A DNA stretch of 64,000 nt from Mobula hypostoma (GCF_963921235.1 NC_086108.1:88848001-88912000), one strand, 5' to 3'. Positions 24,011 to 38,106 are shown, numbered from the stretch's first letter. Numbers and translations: made by a program. The notes: generated by a model from the sequence alone, not told the origin.

Positions 24011-24939
24011 TATCATAATAAGACTAAAAAAATCCCCATCATGTGGTCAGTGTCACATTGTTTCTGGAATTTGCTGGGTGCAAACAGGTTGCTATGTTTC
24101 CTATACACCACTTCAAAGGCACTTTATTAATTGAGAAGTGCTTTGGGATGTGTTAAATGGGATATAAAATATATTATATAAATGCAAGTCTGTCTTTATA
24201 TCTGTGAAGTTTCTCCTCTATTTCTCTTATTGTCTTTTTCTTTCATTCAATCTTTCTTTCTTTTGGCTTCCTTCCCTCCCTCTCTCCCTGTTGTTGATAG
24301 CCGGAAGTTCAAACCGCCGCTGATGTAGTTGTGTTATTTAAGTCAGAACACACACAGTTCCCTGTAGAGTGATTCACAGTATCCAAATCCGTAGCAGAGC
24401 CAGATATGTCAGCACTTTCTGGCTGCATTCCATTGCTGTTTGCATCATGTTCAGATTAGGACTTGTCTGGAGGACTTGAGCAATGGCATTGAAATTTAAC
24501 AATGTGAAGAACAGTGCAGTGTTTATTGCATCTGTCACCCTCATCAGGATCCAGGAGCAACATAAGCACTGCCTTCTGGACAAATAGTCAATTAACTGCT
24601 ATCTTGAAACGTGTCTAAATGATCTATTTCCTGCCCCCAATTCCCACTTCCTGATACGTTACTCACGCGACAGTATATTTGTATATTGTATGGTCCCAGA
24701 GCAGTACAAAGATAACCATGTTGCAAAGAAAAAACCTCATTAGGTTCCAGTTCCATATCCCCCGTAATGGCATCTCTTACCCTTTGTGATTCATTATTGA
24801 GGCAATATGAATTATTTGCTGACACTTTCTCTAACCCCTATGATCCCATTATTAATGCACACCATCTGTTCTGGAATCTATCATGAAGTCTGGACCTCTG
24901 CTTCCCAGAAAAGCAGATCAATAGACAAACAGGTTGAAT

Positions 24940-25750
24940 ATAGAACATAGGTCATTACAGCACAGTACAGGCCCTTTTGCCCATGATGTGGTGCCAACCA
25001 GTTAACATACTCAAAAATCAATCTAACCATTTCTTCCTACATAGCCCTCCATTTCTCTATCGTCCATGTGCCTATCTAAGAGCTTCTTAAATGTTTCTAT
25101 AGTACCTGCATCTATCACCACCACTCACTCACCAATCTCTGTGTAAAATACTTAACTCTAACATCACCCTTATACTTACCTCCAAACATCTTAAAATTAT
25201 ACTACGATTAGCCATTTCCACCCTGGGGAAAAAAGTCTCTGGCTAGTCAGTCAATCTATCCTCTTATCATCTTGTACACCTTTGTCAAGACACCTCTCAT
25301 CCTTCTTTACTCCAAAGGGAAAGGCCTTAGCTTGCTCAACCTATCCGCGTAAAGATATGCACCCTAGTCCAGGCAGCATTCTGATAAACCTCCTCTTCAA
25401 ACTCTCTAAAGCTTCTATGTTCTTCCTGTAATAAGCAACCAGAATTGAACACAGTATTCCAAGGGTGGTCTAATCTGTGTTTTATAGAGCTGCAATATTA
25501 CCTTGCAGCACTTGAGTGCAATCCCTAGACTATTGAAGGTCAACACACCATAAAGTTTCTTAACAACCCCATCAAATTTCATGGCAACTTTGGAGGACCC
25601 CCAAGATCTCTCTGCCTCTCCACACTGCTAAGAATCCTGCCTTTAACCCTGTATTCTGCCTTCAAATTTAACCTTCCAAAAGAGAATAACTTCACACTTT
25701 TCCGGGTTGACCTCCATCTGCTACTTCTCATACAAACTCTACATCTTGTC
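24940..25750 (-). mobile_element. CR1 3' fragment, degenerate
   Basis: Tail atatagaacatag; reverse of the RPHLEYCVQFW and RDLG segments. Confidence 0.8.
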
Positions 25751-26649
25751 AAGCATGAGGCATCCAAACTGATTGAAATATAATTTTTTTTCTCTCTGGA
25801 GTAACTTGAATTTGAGACAAATTGTCTGCTTCTCTCAATGTCAGCAGATGAAAAATGAGGCATGTGATTTATTGTCACTGCGGCGGATTGGGCAACATTG
25901 ACCATTTTGGCCCTGGTTTTATGAAATAAAGAGATTGAATCTACCATAATTCACTATGATTGGAGTGTGGAATTGACATCATATTCCAAGAACAAAATTA
26001 TACATTTTGACCAGGAAATACAAAAAATTGAAGGCATCAACTCCCTGGATTTCCTTTGGGAAAGAGATCGTGTAGCTTCTTTGCTTTCTCATAATCTTGA
26101 GGGACCAGTAAGTTGACCATGAAGTTTTCATAATATACAATAGCTTAAAATTGTTAAATTCTCTTTTATGTGTTTTAAGCAGGGAAGGGTGCAATAAACA
26201 ATAATTACCTCTCAGCAAACTCTCTATTCCTAAGAAGATATTTTATTTTTAAATGTATTTACCTATGAAGATGCCACTGAGAGGAAGAGATCAATACTCC
26301 CTACTCCTTCTCACCAAATGGTATGTGGAGACTCAATCCTACTAGCTGTTGCATTGCTGAGTTTAACTGTGTATATATCTATTCCAGAAGATGTTAGCAA
26401 TTCTATGTTATATTGACAGTGTTACCATCATTCCAAACACAAATGTAGTAACTAGTTATATTTTACTATTTCTTGTAACTTCCATTTTTTAAATTTGAGG
26501 GCCTGCAACATGCTTGGAAGACATTGTGCTTTTTTTTTTGCTTCCTGGTTTGTTGTCCTGTAAGAATTCTTCAGTCTGATTGGTTGCTCAGTCATCTTGA
26601 TTATACCGCCGATGCTCAATAACAGGAATGCTGGTAAACTGTTATCTGT

Positions 26650-27030
26650 CTACCATAACATCTAAAACTTTGACAAACCTCTATAGATGTGTGGTGGAGA
26701 GTATATTGGCTTTCAGTATCACAGCCTAGTATGGAAACACCAATGCCGTTGAACAGAAAACACTACAGAAATTAATGGATACGGCCCAGTGCATCACAGA
26801 TAAAGTCCACCACAACATTGAGCACATCTACACGAAGCGATGTAGCAGGAAAGCAACATCCATCATCAGAGAACCCCCATCCCCTAGATCACGCTCTCTT
26901 CTCACTTCTGCTATCAAGACGAAGGTATTCTATCATGGATTTATTGAGTATGCCCACAAGAAAATGAATCTCAGGGCTTTATATGGTGACATACATGTAC
27001 TTTGATAATAAATATACTTTGAACTTTGAT
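26650..27030 (+). mobile_element. Rex1/Babar-like 3' fragment
   Basis: Homologous to 7305-7560 and 8240-8310. Ends tttgataataaatatactttgaactttga. Confidence 0.75.
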
Positions 27031-27489
27031 GGTGGAAAAAGGTAAACCTCTTATCGCAGAGCTCTCCAGATCTTTCTGTACAAAGTTAGCGATGTTAGCT
27101 TTTGAGAAAAAAAGAAAATAAACCTTATAACATTTGAATCATGATTGTTGAATGTTTGACTTTTGCCTTAGAATGTTAAGCAGGGAGTCAAGAACTGTTG
27201 CAGGTCAGCTGTTGAAGGACAAGACCAGCTTATTGTGTCTGTTGTCTGTCACCATGAAGCAGTCAGCTGCTGGTATATCAATAATTTTGTTGGCTCCTGC
27301 ATATTAGTTGGCTTTGATGCCGCAAAGCCAGGAGTTAAGCACTTACTGGGGTGAAGAAAGAATGGGCTATCCGGGATAGAGGCTTCCCCTGGATCCACGA
27401 GAAAACAATTGGTATTCATCTCACCTGATCTTAAGCAGAAATTCAAGTTTTCTTTGTTTATATAAATGCATATATCCAAGTCAGGAGAG

Positions 27490-27920
27490 CCTACAGAGGT
27501 TACCTGAATTTAAGGGACTGACTTATAGGGAGAGGTTAGGACTTTTTTTTTTCCCCCACAGAGCATTGAAGACCGAGAGGTGATCTTATAGAGGTGTACA
27601 AGATCACCAGGGGCATGGATAACATTAATACACTCAGTCATTCCCAGGGTTGGGGTACCAAGAACTAGAGGACATCGTTTTATGATGAGAGGGGAAACAT
27701 ATGGTAGGAACTTCTTCTTTTCTTCTCCCCCAACACAAAAGGTAATACATATGTGAAATGATCTACTGGAAAAGTGCCTTAGGTGGATACAATAACACTT
27801 TAAAGGATAGTTGGAAAGATATGATCAAACAGTGGCAAATCGGACAACCTTGGGTATCTTGGTCAGCATTGACCAGTTGGATTGAAGGGCCTGTTTTGGT
27901 GCTCTATGATTCTGTGACAC
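27490..27920 (+). mobile_element. CR1 3' fragment, degenerate
   Basis: gagaggtgatcttatagaggtgtacaagatc (RGDLIEVYKI) and tail gggcctgttttggtgctctatgattctg. Confidence 0.7.
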
Positions 27921-28150
27921 TATCTCAGTTGCTTGAGAAAGCAATAGCATTGAAACAACCAGGCGGTATTAATCAAGTGACAGGAATACTGCCTGCATTT
28001 TAACTCGCATTCCACATGATTTCTATTGGATGGAGGTTGTTAAAATGGTTCCTGTAATTTTACATTTGCAATAGCTGTCTTTTTTCATTACATTTAAACC
28101 AGCATGAGCTGCAATACAAATAGATGAAAGACAGCTAAACCTGTTAAAAT

Positions 28151-28330
28151 AACACACATAAAAAAAACTGGAGGTACTCAGCAAGTCAGACAATATCTAT
28201 GGAGGGAATCAATGCTCAGCCCCAATGGTGGGTCTCAGACCGAGATGCTGACTCTTTATTTTCCTCCATTGATGCTACCTAACCTGCTGAGTTCCTCAAG
28301 CATTCTGTGCATGTTGCTCAAGGCTTCCAA
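28151..28330. mobile_element. Fold-back mini-element made of two inverted Penelope terminal sequences
   Basis: Left arm 28151-28209 (ctggaggtactcagcaagtcagac...ctatggagggaat) is the imperfect reverse complement of right arm 28256-28316. The arms resemble the Penelope terminus at 23000-23057. Confidence 0.7.
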
Positions 28331-31300
28331 GGGTGGCTGTTAAAGGAAGATAGCCTGATTTCATGAAAACATGTAATGATGTGGATGGTGTTCCTGGAGG
28401 TTGAGAAATGAGTACAATAGAAATAACGTCCATTCCATAATACACCATGTGGGAGCATACACCTTTCTGCAAAACTTAAAAACCATGGCTCTCGCCACTT
28501 TTTAGTAATTATACTAGAAAGAAAAATGAGGAAAAAGATTTATTAACAGTTGGGGTAATACTTTTTGTGTGGCACATAGGCTGTCTTGTCTCTGGAGAGC
28601 ATCGGGTACAACAGAAGTAGTGATTGGCACAGTTAGAGAGTAAGTTATCAACCATAGTAAAAAGCACCAGTACACCTTCCCTTTAATGTACAGATGTGGT
28701 GTGTACATTTTACAATAAATATCTCCCTGGGTGTCAATTTTTGGAAAATTTTATATCCTAGGAACAATATCTTACAGTCATGTTTGTATATCAGCATCAG
28801 CTGCAAATATAGATAGGAAAAGATTAAAAGCTCAAGCTTAGAGAGTTCTCAACAGATCATTTGCCAAGACATCTATTGTTCCACATTATATTAGTCCACT
28901 GAGGACCAAAATAGTTTTCATTTTCTTTAAAACCACTACCATATTAGCACAATATGTCTCTTAGACATACTTATGTATCTTAAGGTGATGACAACTAGTG
29001 CAATCCTTCTGGAGAGTGGAATGGGAGAGTTAATAAATGGATAGTTGACATTACCGAATTTTGGATGAACCCATATTTCAAATAGATCAGGACAAAAGTA
29101 AAGCCATGGAAGATGATTGCATTGCATGTTCATCTCCAGAATTTCATCACGATTTTAAGTCATTTATTTGATATCTCAGTTAAAACAGCCACAGATGGAA
29201 TTATTGATGACAAGACTTGTTTAAAGCCAGAGACAGAATTTGAGAAATTATGTATTTTTAAAATAATCGACAATTTATAGCATATCTTAATCTTGACAGA
29301 AAATAGCTTAACAGACTAATTATACATTGGACTTCTAATTGTTTCAGTTTAAATTACATTTGTCTGAAGTTATATTTTACAATGCAAGTTCTAACACTTG
29401 CATTGGATGCACTTAAGGTGGCAGCAATGAGCCCAGTAAGAGTAACAGGACAGAGTAAAGTATTCTTGAAATATTTTGCCATTTTTTATACTTTGCGAAA
29501 GTGAAGAGGGTATAAGAAATAGAAGCAGAAGTTAGCCTTGTGTTTCAGGAGATCTGTATTACTATTCATTAAGGCATGGTCGAACTTTCGCATTACATGT
29601 TCCTGCTCTCTCCCCTCTGCTTTATTTTCCCTGTTGTCCTATTCCAAGAACTGATTAAGATTTAAGTTTAGATTCAGATTTAAGTTTAGATTCAGAATTA
29701 CTTATCACACGTACATTAAACATAGTGAAATGTGCCATATGCTTTAACAAACAATGCACTCAAGGAAGTAATGTGGGCAGCTCACAGGCATCACCACATA
29801 CTCCAGTGCCAACAAAGCATGCCCACAATGAATAAGTCCTGAATGTACACATAGGCTAGGATCTGCAGTCCTCCAGTAGCAAATTTGAAAGATTCAAAGG
29901 CCTAATAATGTTTTAATCCTCATCTCATTCCTAAATTTCTGATCCCTTTTCCATTAATCTTATTGCTCTGTTCCGAAAGGGGAAGTTTCTTAGCATCCAT
30001 CCTGCTGTGATCTCCCACAAGTTTGTACCTTTCCAGTGAATCACACTATAAACTCCAGTGAATACATGTATAACATACTCAATAGTTGATTTAATCAGGT
30101 AAACACATACTTAATTTTTACCCATTTCTTCAAATTATCGCATTTGCCCTGCTAACTGACAATATTACTTGTGCATTAAAAAGTAAAGAATTCAAAACAC
30201 CTTAAATCATGAGGGTGTGGAGGAAATTAAAAGCCTTAGCAATGTAAACTGAATAGCTCTCGTAGACAGTGTGGTTCTCCTGAAACTATTTTTATCTTAA
30301 TTCAGTCCTGAAGCTACTCATCGGCTGAGCATCCCCAATCCCTTAGACTAGAGAATTCCTGAGACTGGAATAGGAACACAAGTGGCTCAAATAACTTGTT
30401 GATCCTATTCAGTACTTAAATAAATTCCTAGTTCAAACTCAACCTTGACTCTGCTTGAAGAAATAATGTATTACTAATTTGGAACAAATTGAGAAGTAAA
30501 AATATTTCGACTGAAGGGATGGAAGGATAATCTCAATAATCTCAAGATTAGGACGTGTTAAGATATAGTGAATATAGATAGATTATTTCACTAGGTGGGA
30601 AAATAGCAACTAAGTGAAGAGAAATTTATGAAGATAAAAAAGGTTAGAAAAACATTGGATAGCAGAGCAAGATACAGAGCAAGATTAGATCAGCCATGAT
30701 TTTATTAAATGGCAGAGCAGGATTGACGGGCCAGATGGCCGACTCCTGCTCCTATTTCTTATGTTCTTATGTTATCATTGTGAAGACAGTTAACTGGTGT
30801 CCATTCAGCCCAGAACAAGTTGCTCATGTAATTCACAATATTTTTGTACATAGGTTATAGCTTGTAGATGAGATGAAAAACTGTGAGATACCTGACATGA
30901 GTAGAAAGCAACTACTTCTACTCTGTACTCCAATAAAGATATCAATGTGACAATAATGTGACAAATAAAGGTATCAATGATCATGGAGGTGCATTTGCAG
31001 ATGACTGGTACAAACTCTTAAAGCCTTTGCAAGGAGCTTCTACGCAGAACTCTTCTATCATCTCTATTTGTCCCATTGAAGAAAAGTTTTGGACTGTAAG
31101 CAAAGGATAGATTAGAAGGTAGAAGATAGATAATAGTAGCTGGTAGATGGTAGACATTAAAACTTACTAGGGAATATGTCAAGTATTTATTGTTAGTGAA
31201 ATGTGCTTAAATTGACTGCATTAAATTTAAATTTTTTCTCAATGTAAATAATGCTTATTTCTGTTTTACTTGGTTAGACCACACTTGAAATATTGTATTC

Positions 31301-31514
31301 AGCTCTGGTGACCTCATAATAGGAAAGACGTGAAAGCTTTAGAGAGTGTGCAGAGAAGTTTTATCAGGATGCTGCTTAGGTTTATGAGATTGATTGAGTT
31401 ATCTAGGGCTTTTCTTTTTGGAGCGAAGAAGGTTGAGAGATGATAACTGGTCACAGCTTACACCTGCAAACAACACAGCAGTGAGTGCACTTTGAATGAA
31501 AAATAAATTAAGAC

Positions 31515-31645
31515 AAAAATTGCTGGAAACACCCAGATCAGGCAAGAAGGACTAAGTCTCGGCCTGAAACGTCAACTGCACCTCTTCCTAGAGATGCTGC
31601 CTGGCCTGCTGCATTCACCAGCAACTTTGATGTGTGTTGTTTGCC
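31515..31645 (+). mobile_element. Penelope terminal-repeat fragment with the 3' half of the hammerhead motif
   Basis: gtctcggcct-GAAA-CGTC-aactgcacctcttcctagagatgctgcctgg matches 14240-14325. Preceded by a short inverted copy of the terminus. Confidence 0.75.
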
Positions 31646-34645
31646 TCATAAGACTTGTTTTCCAATCCAGGCAACATCCTGGTAAATCTCCTCTGCACCC
31701 TCTCCATAGCTTCCACATCCTTCCCATAATGAGGTGACCAGAACTGAACGCAATACTCTTAAGTGTGGTCTCACCAGAGATTTGTAGAGTTGCAACATGA
31801 CCCCTCTACTCTTGAACTCAATCCCCTTATTAATGAAGCCTAGCATCCCACAGGCCTTCTTAAATATCATATCAACCTGTGCAGTGACCTTGAGGGATGT
31901 ATGGATTTGAATCCCAAGGTCCCTCTGTTCATCCACACTCTTAAGTAACCAACCATTAATCCTGTACTCAGCCTTCTGGTTTGTCCTTCCAAAATGCATC
32001 ACCTCACACTTATCCGGATTGAACCCCATCTGCCACTTTTCTGCCCAACTCTGCATCCTGTCTATATCCTCTTGTAACCTTCAACAACCTACAGCTCTAT
32101 CCACAACTCCTCCAATCTTTGTGTTGTTTGCAAATTTACTCACCCATCCTTCTGCCTCTTCATCCAGGTCATTTTTAAAAATAAAACACAGAGCAGGGTC
32201 CCAGGACAGATCCTTGTGGCACTCCACTAGTCACCGACCTCCAGGCAGAATACTTTCCTTCCACTACCCTCTGCTTTCTTCCTTTAGGCCAATTTTTTAT
32301 CCAAACAGTCAAGGTTCCACTGATCCCATGCCTCATGACTTTCTGGATGAGTCTCTCATGGGGGACCTTGTCAAATGCCTTGCTAAAATCCATGTAGACC
32401 ACATCTACCGCCCTACCCTCATCAATTTCTTTTGTTACCTCTTCAAAATACTCAATTAGGCTCATGAGGCACGACCTTCCCTTCACAAAGCCATGTTGAC
32501 TATCCTTGAGTAGACTGTACTTCTCCAAGTGCTCGTAGATCCTATTCTTAAGAACCCTCTCCAATAGTTTGCATACCACCGACGTAAGACTCATCGGTCT
32601 ACAGTTCCTAGGATTCTCCCTATTACCTTTTTTAAACAAGGGAACTACATTTGCCATTCTCCAATCCTCCGGCACCTCCCCTGCAGCCAAAAAGGATTCA
32701 AATACCATAGCTACTGCTCCAGCGATCTCTTCTCTCACTTCCCACAGCAACCTGGGGTACATCATGTCCGGCCCTGGGGACTTATCAATCTTGATGTTCT
32801 TAAGAAGATCCAACACTTCTCCTTCCTTAATCTCCACATTGTCCAGCACACAGGCCTGTTCTATTTCGACCTCATCCTCATCAAGGTCCTTTTCACTTGT
32901 GAATACTGAAGCAAAGTATTCATTTAGGACCTCCCCAGCCTCCTCCGCTTCCAGGCACGTTGCCTTCTTTATCCTTTAGTGGCCCCACCTTTATTCTTGT
33001 CATCCTTCTGTTCTTCACATACGCACAGAATGCCTTGGAGTTCGCCTTAATCCTACATGCCAAGGCCTTCTCATGCCCCTTCGAGCTCTCGTAAGTCCTT
33101 TCTTAAGCTTCTTCCTGGCTACCCTATATTTCTGATGAGCCCCTCCTGCTTCCTGCTTCTTATATCTAACATATGGTTCCTTCTTCCTCTTAACGAGTTG
33201 CTTCACGTGTTTTGTCAGCCACGGTTCCCTTTCCCTACCATTTTTTCCTTGTCTCAGTGGGATAAACCTATCCTGAACCCAGCACTAGTGGTCCCTAAGC
33301 TTCCTCCACATTACTTCTGTGCTTTCATCCTTGAAGATCTGTTTCTAATTTACTCTCGCTAGTTCCTGCCTCATCCCTTCATAGTTAGCCCTTCCCCAGT
33401 TAAGCACTTTCCCATTTTGTCTGTTTTTATCCTTGTCCACTGCTATGCTGAAGCTAAGGGAGTTGTGGTCACTCTCACCAAAGTGCTCCCCCACCAAGAG
33501 GTCTGCCACCTGACCAGGTTCATTACCCAGAACTAGATCCAGTATGGCCTCTCCTCTCAATAGCCAGTCCACATACTGTGTCAGGAATCCTTCTTGAACA
33601 CACCTGACAAATTCAGCCCCATCTATCTCCCTTGCAGTCAGGAGGTGCCAGTCAATATGAGGGAAGTTGAAATCACCCATAACTACAACCCCGTATTTCC
33701 TGCACCATTCTAAAATCTGCTTGCTTATCTGCTCCTCGGTGTCCCAAAGGCTATTTAGGGGCCTATAGACTACTCCCAGCACAGTGATTGATCCCTTCCT
33801 ATTTCTGACTTCTACCCACACCAACTCAGTGGACCCTCCCTCTGCAGCGTCCTCTCTTTCTATAGCTGTGACACTATCCCTGACCAGTAATACTACTCAC
33901 CCCCACCTCCCATCCTATTCCTTTAAAACAGCTAAACCCCAGTACCTGCATCAGCCAATCCTGCCCTTCCTCTAGTCAAGTTTCAGTAACAGCCACAATA
34001 TTGTAGTTCCACATACTGATCCATGCTCTAAGTTCATCCCCTTTATTCCTAATACGCCTAGCGTTGAAATGGACACATTTCAACCCCTCTAACTGGCTAC
34101 ATTTATGTTTTGTCCCCTGCCTGTCCTTCCTCACCAACTCAGAACACATAGCATCATGCCCTTGTCCTTCTACCCTAATCTCTGCACTCACATTCTCATT
34201 CCCACCCCCTGCCAAACTAGTTTAAACCCTCCCCAACAGCTCTAGCAAATCTGCCCGCCAGGATATTGGTCCCTTTCCAGTTCAGGTGCAGTCCGTCCTT
34301 TTTGTACAGGTCAGACCTTCCCCAGAAGAGTTCCCAATGATCCAGAATCTGAACCCCTGCCCCCTGCACCAACTCTTCAGCCACGCATTCATCTGCCATG
34401 ACTTCCCGTTCCTACCCTCTCTGTCTCGTGGCACAGGCAGCAATCGCGAGATTACCACCCTTGAGGTCCTGCTTTTCAACTTCTTTCCTAACTCCCTATA
34501 TTCCTTCTTCAGGACCTTATCCCTACTCCTATCTATGTCATTGGCCCCCACGTGGACCACGACATCTGGCTGCTCACCCTCTCTCCTGAGAATACCGAGA
34601 ACTTCATCTGAGATATCGTGGACCCTGGCACTGGGGAGGCAACAG
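31646..34645 (-). mobile_element. CR1 LINE: ORF1 esterase part, APE and RT; 3' end missing
   Basis: [52 protein letters not shown] and LYKSLVRPHL in minus-strand ORFs. Several frameshifts. Confidence 0.95.
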
Positions 34646-36120
34646 ATTATTAGGTTATTAGATTATATTGTGTGAAGAATTTGGTAAGGATGTAGGAAAG
34701 GAAAAAAAAAATCAGAGTTAGCATGAGGATTATAGGGAAATGATAAAAACAAAAAGCCGATAAAAAGATTCTGTTCAGAAAAAAAAAGAAAATTGCAAAG
34801 CTGGTTGAGATCAATAGGAACAAGAGAAAGAAATTAGCCAGCAATGTGATGCTTTAGGGGGTAGCTGTCACAACATGATTTAGCTTCTGGCAAAGAAGCC
34901 TTGCTTTTGGAGATCAAACAAATATTATCAAGGCTAAATCACATAATGACTGAAGATTCCTGCAGAATAAATTAAGTCAGATGAAAGATTTATGTATTAA
35001 ATAAGGACCAGGTTAGAAACCATACAAGGCAATGCGCGATAAAGAGGGTATTCAGCTTGATGAATGGAATAAGCTATATATCAGAGGAGTTTTATTGCAG
35101 GTTTGAGCAGTATAACAAGAAAATGCTGTCATTGCTGATTGTGTTTTCTCTACTATAACACTCTGGTTGTAAATTCCAATGCACGCTGAAGTAGAACATA
35201 TTGAAGGCATTGAAACCTGGACCACCAACACGTTATATTACTGCTCATGTGAAAAACAATTTTCTTTTAAAAGCATGTAGAATTATTTCAAAATGGTCAG
35301 CGATAACCAGCAAACAGTCAGAACATTTAGAGGCAATAATATGTCTAGAAAAAATATACCGATGCATGTTAAAAATAGATTTATTTCTTCCAAATATTTT
35401 TCCAGATGTGGGAACTCTGGGAGACCTCCAGTTTCCCTGACAACTACATCTGTACAAAGTGCATCGAGCTGCAGCTCCTTAGAGACCATGCTAAGGATCT
35501 GGAGCTGCAGCTCGATGACCTTTGGCTCATACAGGAGAATGAGGTGGCAATAGATAGGGAGGTAGTCACCCCTAAGTTACTGGAGATGGGTACCTGGGTG
35601 ACTGTCAGGAGAGGGAAAGTGAATAAGCAGCCAGTGCAGAGTACCCCTGTGGCTGTTCCCCTCAGTAATATACTGCTTTGGATGTTATTGGGGGTGGGGG
35701 GGTGTAACCTACCAGGGGGAAGCAGCAACAACAGTGTCTCTGGCACTGAGTCTGGCCCCGTGGCTCAGAAGGGAAGGGAGAAAGAGGAGGAGCGCAGTAG
35801 TGACAGGGAATTCCATAGCCAGAGGAGCAAACAGGAGATTCTGTGGATGTGAAAGAGATACATGGATGGTACGTTGCCTCCCAGGTGCCAGGGTCAGAGA
35901 TTTCTCAGATTGGGTCCACAGCAGTCTACAGTGAGCAGCCAGAAGTCGTGGTATCTATTGGCGCCAACAACGCAGGAAGGAAAAGGAGGGAGGTCCTGAG
36001 AAGGAATATAGGGAATCTCTGGATTGCTGCCTGTGCTATGCACCAGTGAGGGTTAGAATAGGACGATTTGGCGGATTAATCCGTGGCTGAGAAGTTGGTG
36101 CAGAATGCAGGGTTTCAAAC

Positions 36121-37155
36121 TTGTTCAAAGTTCATATTAATTATCAAAAAACAGATGTGACCACACATAATCATAAGATTAATTTTCGAGCAGGCATACT
36201 CCATAAATCCTTAATAGGATAATAACCATAATAGAATCAATGAAAGACCTCATCAGCAAGGTGAACAAACAACGAATGTGCACAAGACAACAAACTGTGC
36301 AAATATAAACAAGAAAAAAAACACTAAGTATCAAGACCATGCAATGAAGAGTCCTTGAAAGTGAGTCCATAGGTTACGGGAATAGTTCAGTGATGGGACA
36401 GGTGTAGTGAATGAAATTATCCTCACTGGTTCAACAGTCTGATGATCGAGGGGTAATAACTGTTACAGAACCTGCTAGTGTGACTCTGAAGGTTCCTGTC
36501 CTTTCTTCCTGAAGGCAGCAGAGAGAAGAGAGTATGACCTGGCTGGTGGAGATCCCTGCTTTCCTGCTGCGTGGAGACACGCTCAATGGTGGGGAGGCAT
36601 TTACACGTGATGGACTGAGCCGTATCTACTACATTTTGGAGGATTTTCCATTCCAGGGCATTGGTGTTTCCATACCAGGCTGTGATGCAGACAGTTAATA
36701 CACTCTCCACTGCACATAGAAGTTTATCGAAGTGTTAGGTGTCATGCTGAATCTTCACAAATTTCTAAGTACTCCCATGCTTTCTTTGTAATTGCACTCT
36801 CATGCTGGGCCCAGAACAGATCCTCTGAACTGAGGACACTAAGGAATTTAAAGATGCTGAATTTTCTATCTCCCTCCTGTATGCTGATTCATCACTTCCT
36901 TTGATTCGGCCAACAACAGTCGTGTCATCAGCAAACTTAAATATGCCATTGGAGATGTGCTTAGCCATACAGTCAGAAGTATAAGTGTGCAGAGGAGATG
37001 GGTATGCACACAGCCTTGTGGTGTACCTGTACTGATGGAAGTTGTAGAGGAGATGTTGTTGCCAATCCAAACTGACTGAGGTCTGCAAGTGATGAAAGCG
37101 AGAATCCAATTATGCAAGGAGGTATTGAGACCAAGGTCTTAAAGCTTAATGATAT
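36121..37155 (-). mobile_element. Rex1/Babar-like LINE nested in CR1 ORF1
   Basis: Minus-strand ORFs with [21 protein letters not shown] and ESVLTVCITAWYGN...HTLFSLLPSGR. Confidence 0.85.
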
Positions 37156-38106
37156 CTCTATCATTGGGATCTCTTCTAGGGAAGGTATGACATGTACAAA
37201 AAGATTGGGTTGCATCTGAACCCAAAAGGGGCCAATATCAGTTTGGGCAAATTTGCTAGAGCTGTTGGGGAAGGTTGAAACTAATTTAGCAGGGGGAATA
37301 AGAACTGGAGTGATAAGGTAGAGGATGGGGCAGTTGGTTTACTAGTAAATGCCGTGTGTAACAGTGAGGAAGGGCAGGGAGATGATAGGGCAAAATTGCA
37401 GTCAGTGGGATTAGTTGAAATATAATATGGGGATAAAATTGAAAAGGGTGATGAATACAGAACTGACGATGTTATATTTGAATGCATGCAGTATATGAAA
37501 TAAGGTTAGAGATTGGCAGGTATGATGTTGTGGGTATAGCTAAGTCATAGCTGAAAGAAGATCATAGTTGGGAGCTGAAAATCTAAGCATACACATTGTA
37601 TCAAAAGATTAGACAGGTAGGTAAAAAGGGGGTGGTGTGGCTCTGTTGGTAAAAATGAAATCAATTCCTTAGAAAGTGATAGCATTGGAAGGTGTAGACT
37701 CCTTGTGAGTAGAATTAAGGAAATGCAAGTGTAAAAAGAATCTGATTGGAGTTATATACAGGTCCCCAACCAGTAGCCAGGACATGGGATACAAATTGCA
37801 ATAGGAAATAGAAAATGCATGTAAAACGGGCAATGTTATGATAGCCATGGGGGATTTCAATATGTAGATTGAGAAAGCCTGGTTGGTGCTGAATCCCAAG
37901 AGAGGAAATTTGTAGAATGCGTATGAGATAGATTTTTAGAGCATCTTATGTTTGAGTCCACTAGGGGAAAGGCAATTCTGGATTGGGTGTCGTGTAATGA
38001 ACTAGATTTGATATGGAAGCTTATTGTGAAGGAACCATTAGGAGGCAGTGATCACATTATGATAGAATTTACCCTGCAATTTGAGAGGGAGAAGTCAGAT
38101 GTATCA

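Larger units (their letters stand above)
23320..24200 (+). mobile_element. Ancient Deu-domain SINE (SacSINE/AmnSINE-like) split by a CR1 fragment
   Basis: 5' half contains ctcccaggtggatgtaaaagattttatgg (about 23430). 3' half contains cacttcaaag...gtgctttgggatg...tatataaatgcaagtctgtcttt (24050-24200). These match Deu-domain and tail sequence as recalled. Confidence 0.55.

Noticed and set aside
24230..24450. Strong plus-strand polypyrimidine tract followed by AG
   Set aside because: It follows a SINE tail, and I found no convincing donor or recognisable peptide downstream.
27345..27430. Possible upstream exon of the PALMD-like gene (minus-strand GTAAGT donor)
   Set aside because: The open frame ends in phase 1, which does not fit the phase-2 acceptor at 17096. 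The compatible frame has a stop, and the peptide is not recognisable.
29655..29700. Short tandem repeats (here, and at 4190-4225 and 49935-49965) as CRISPR-like arrays
   Set aside because: Simple microsatellite-like or retroposon-tail repeats with no unique spacers, in a eukaryotic context.
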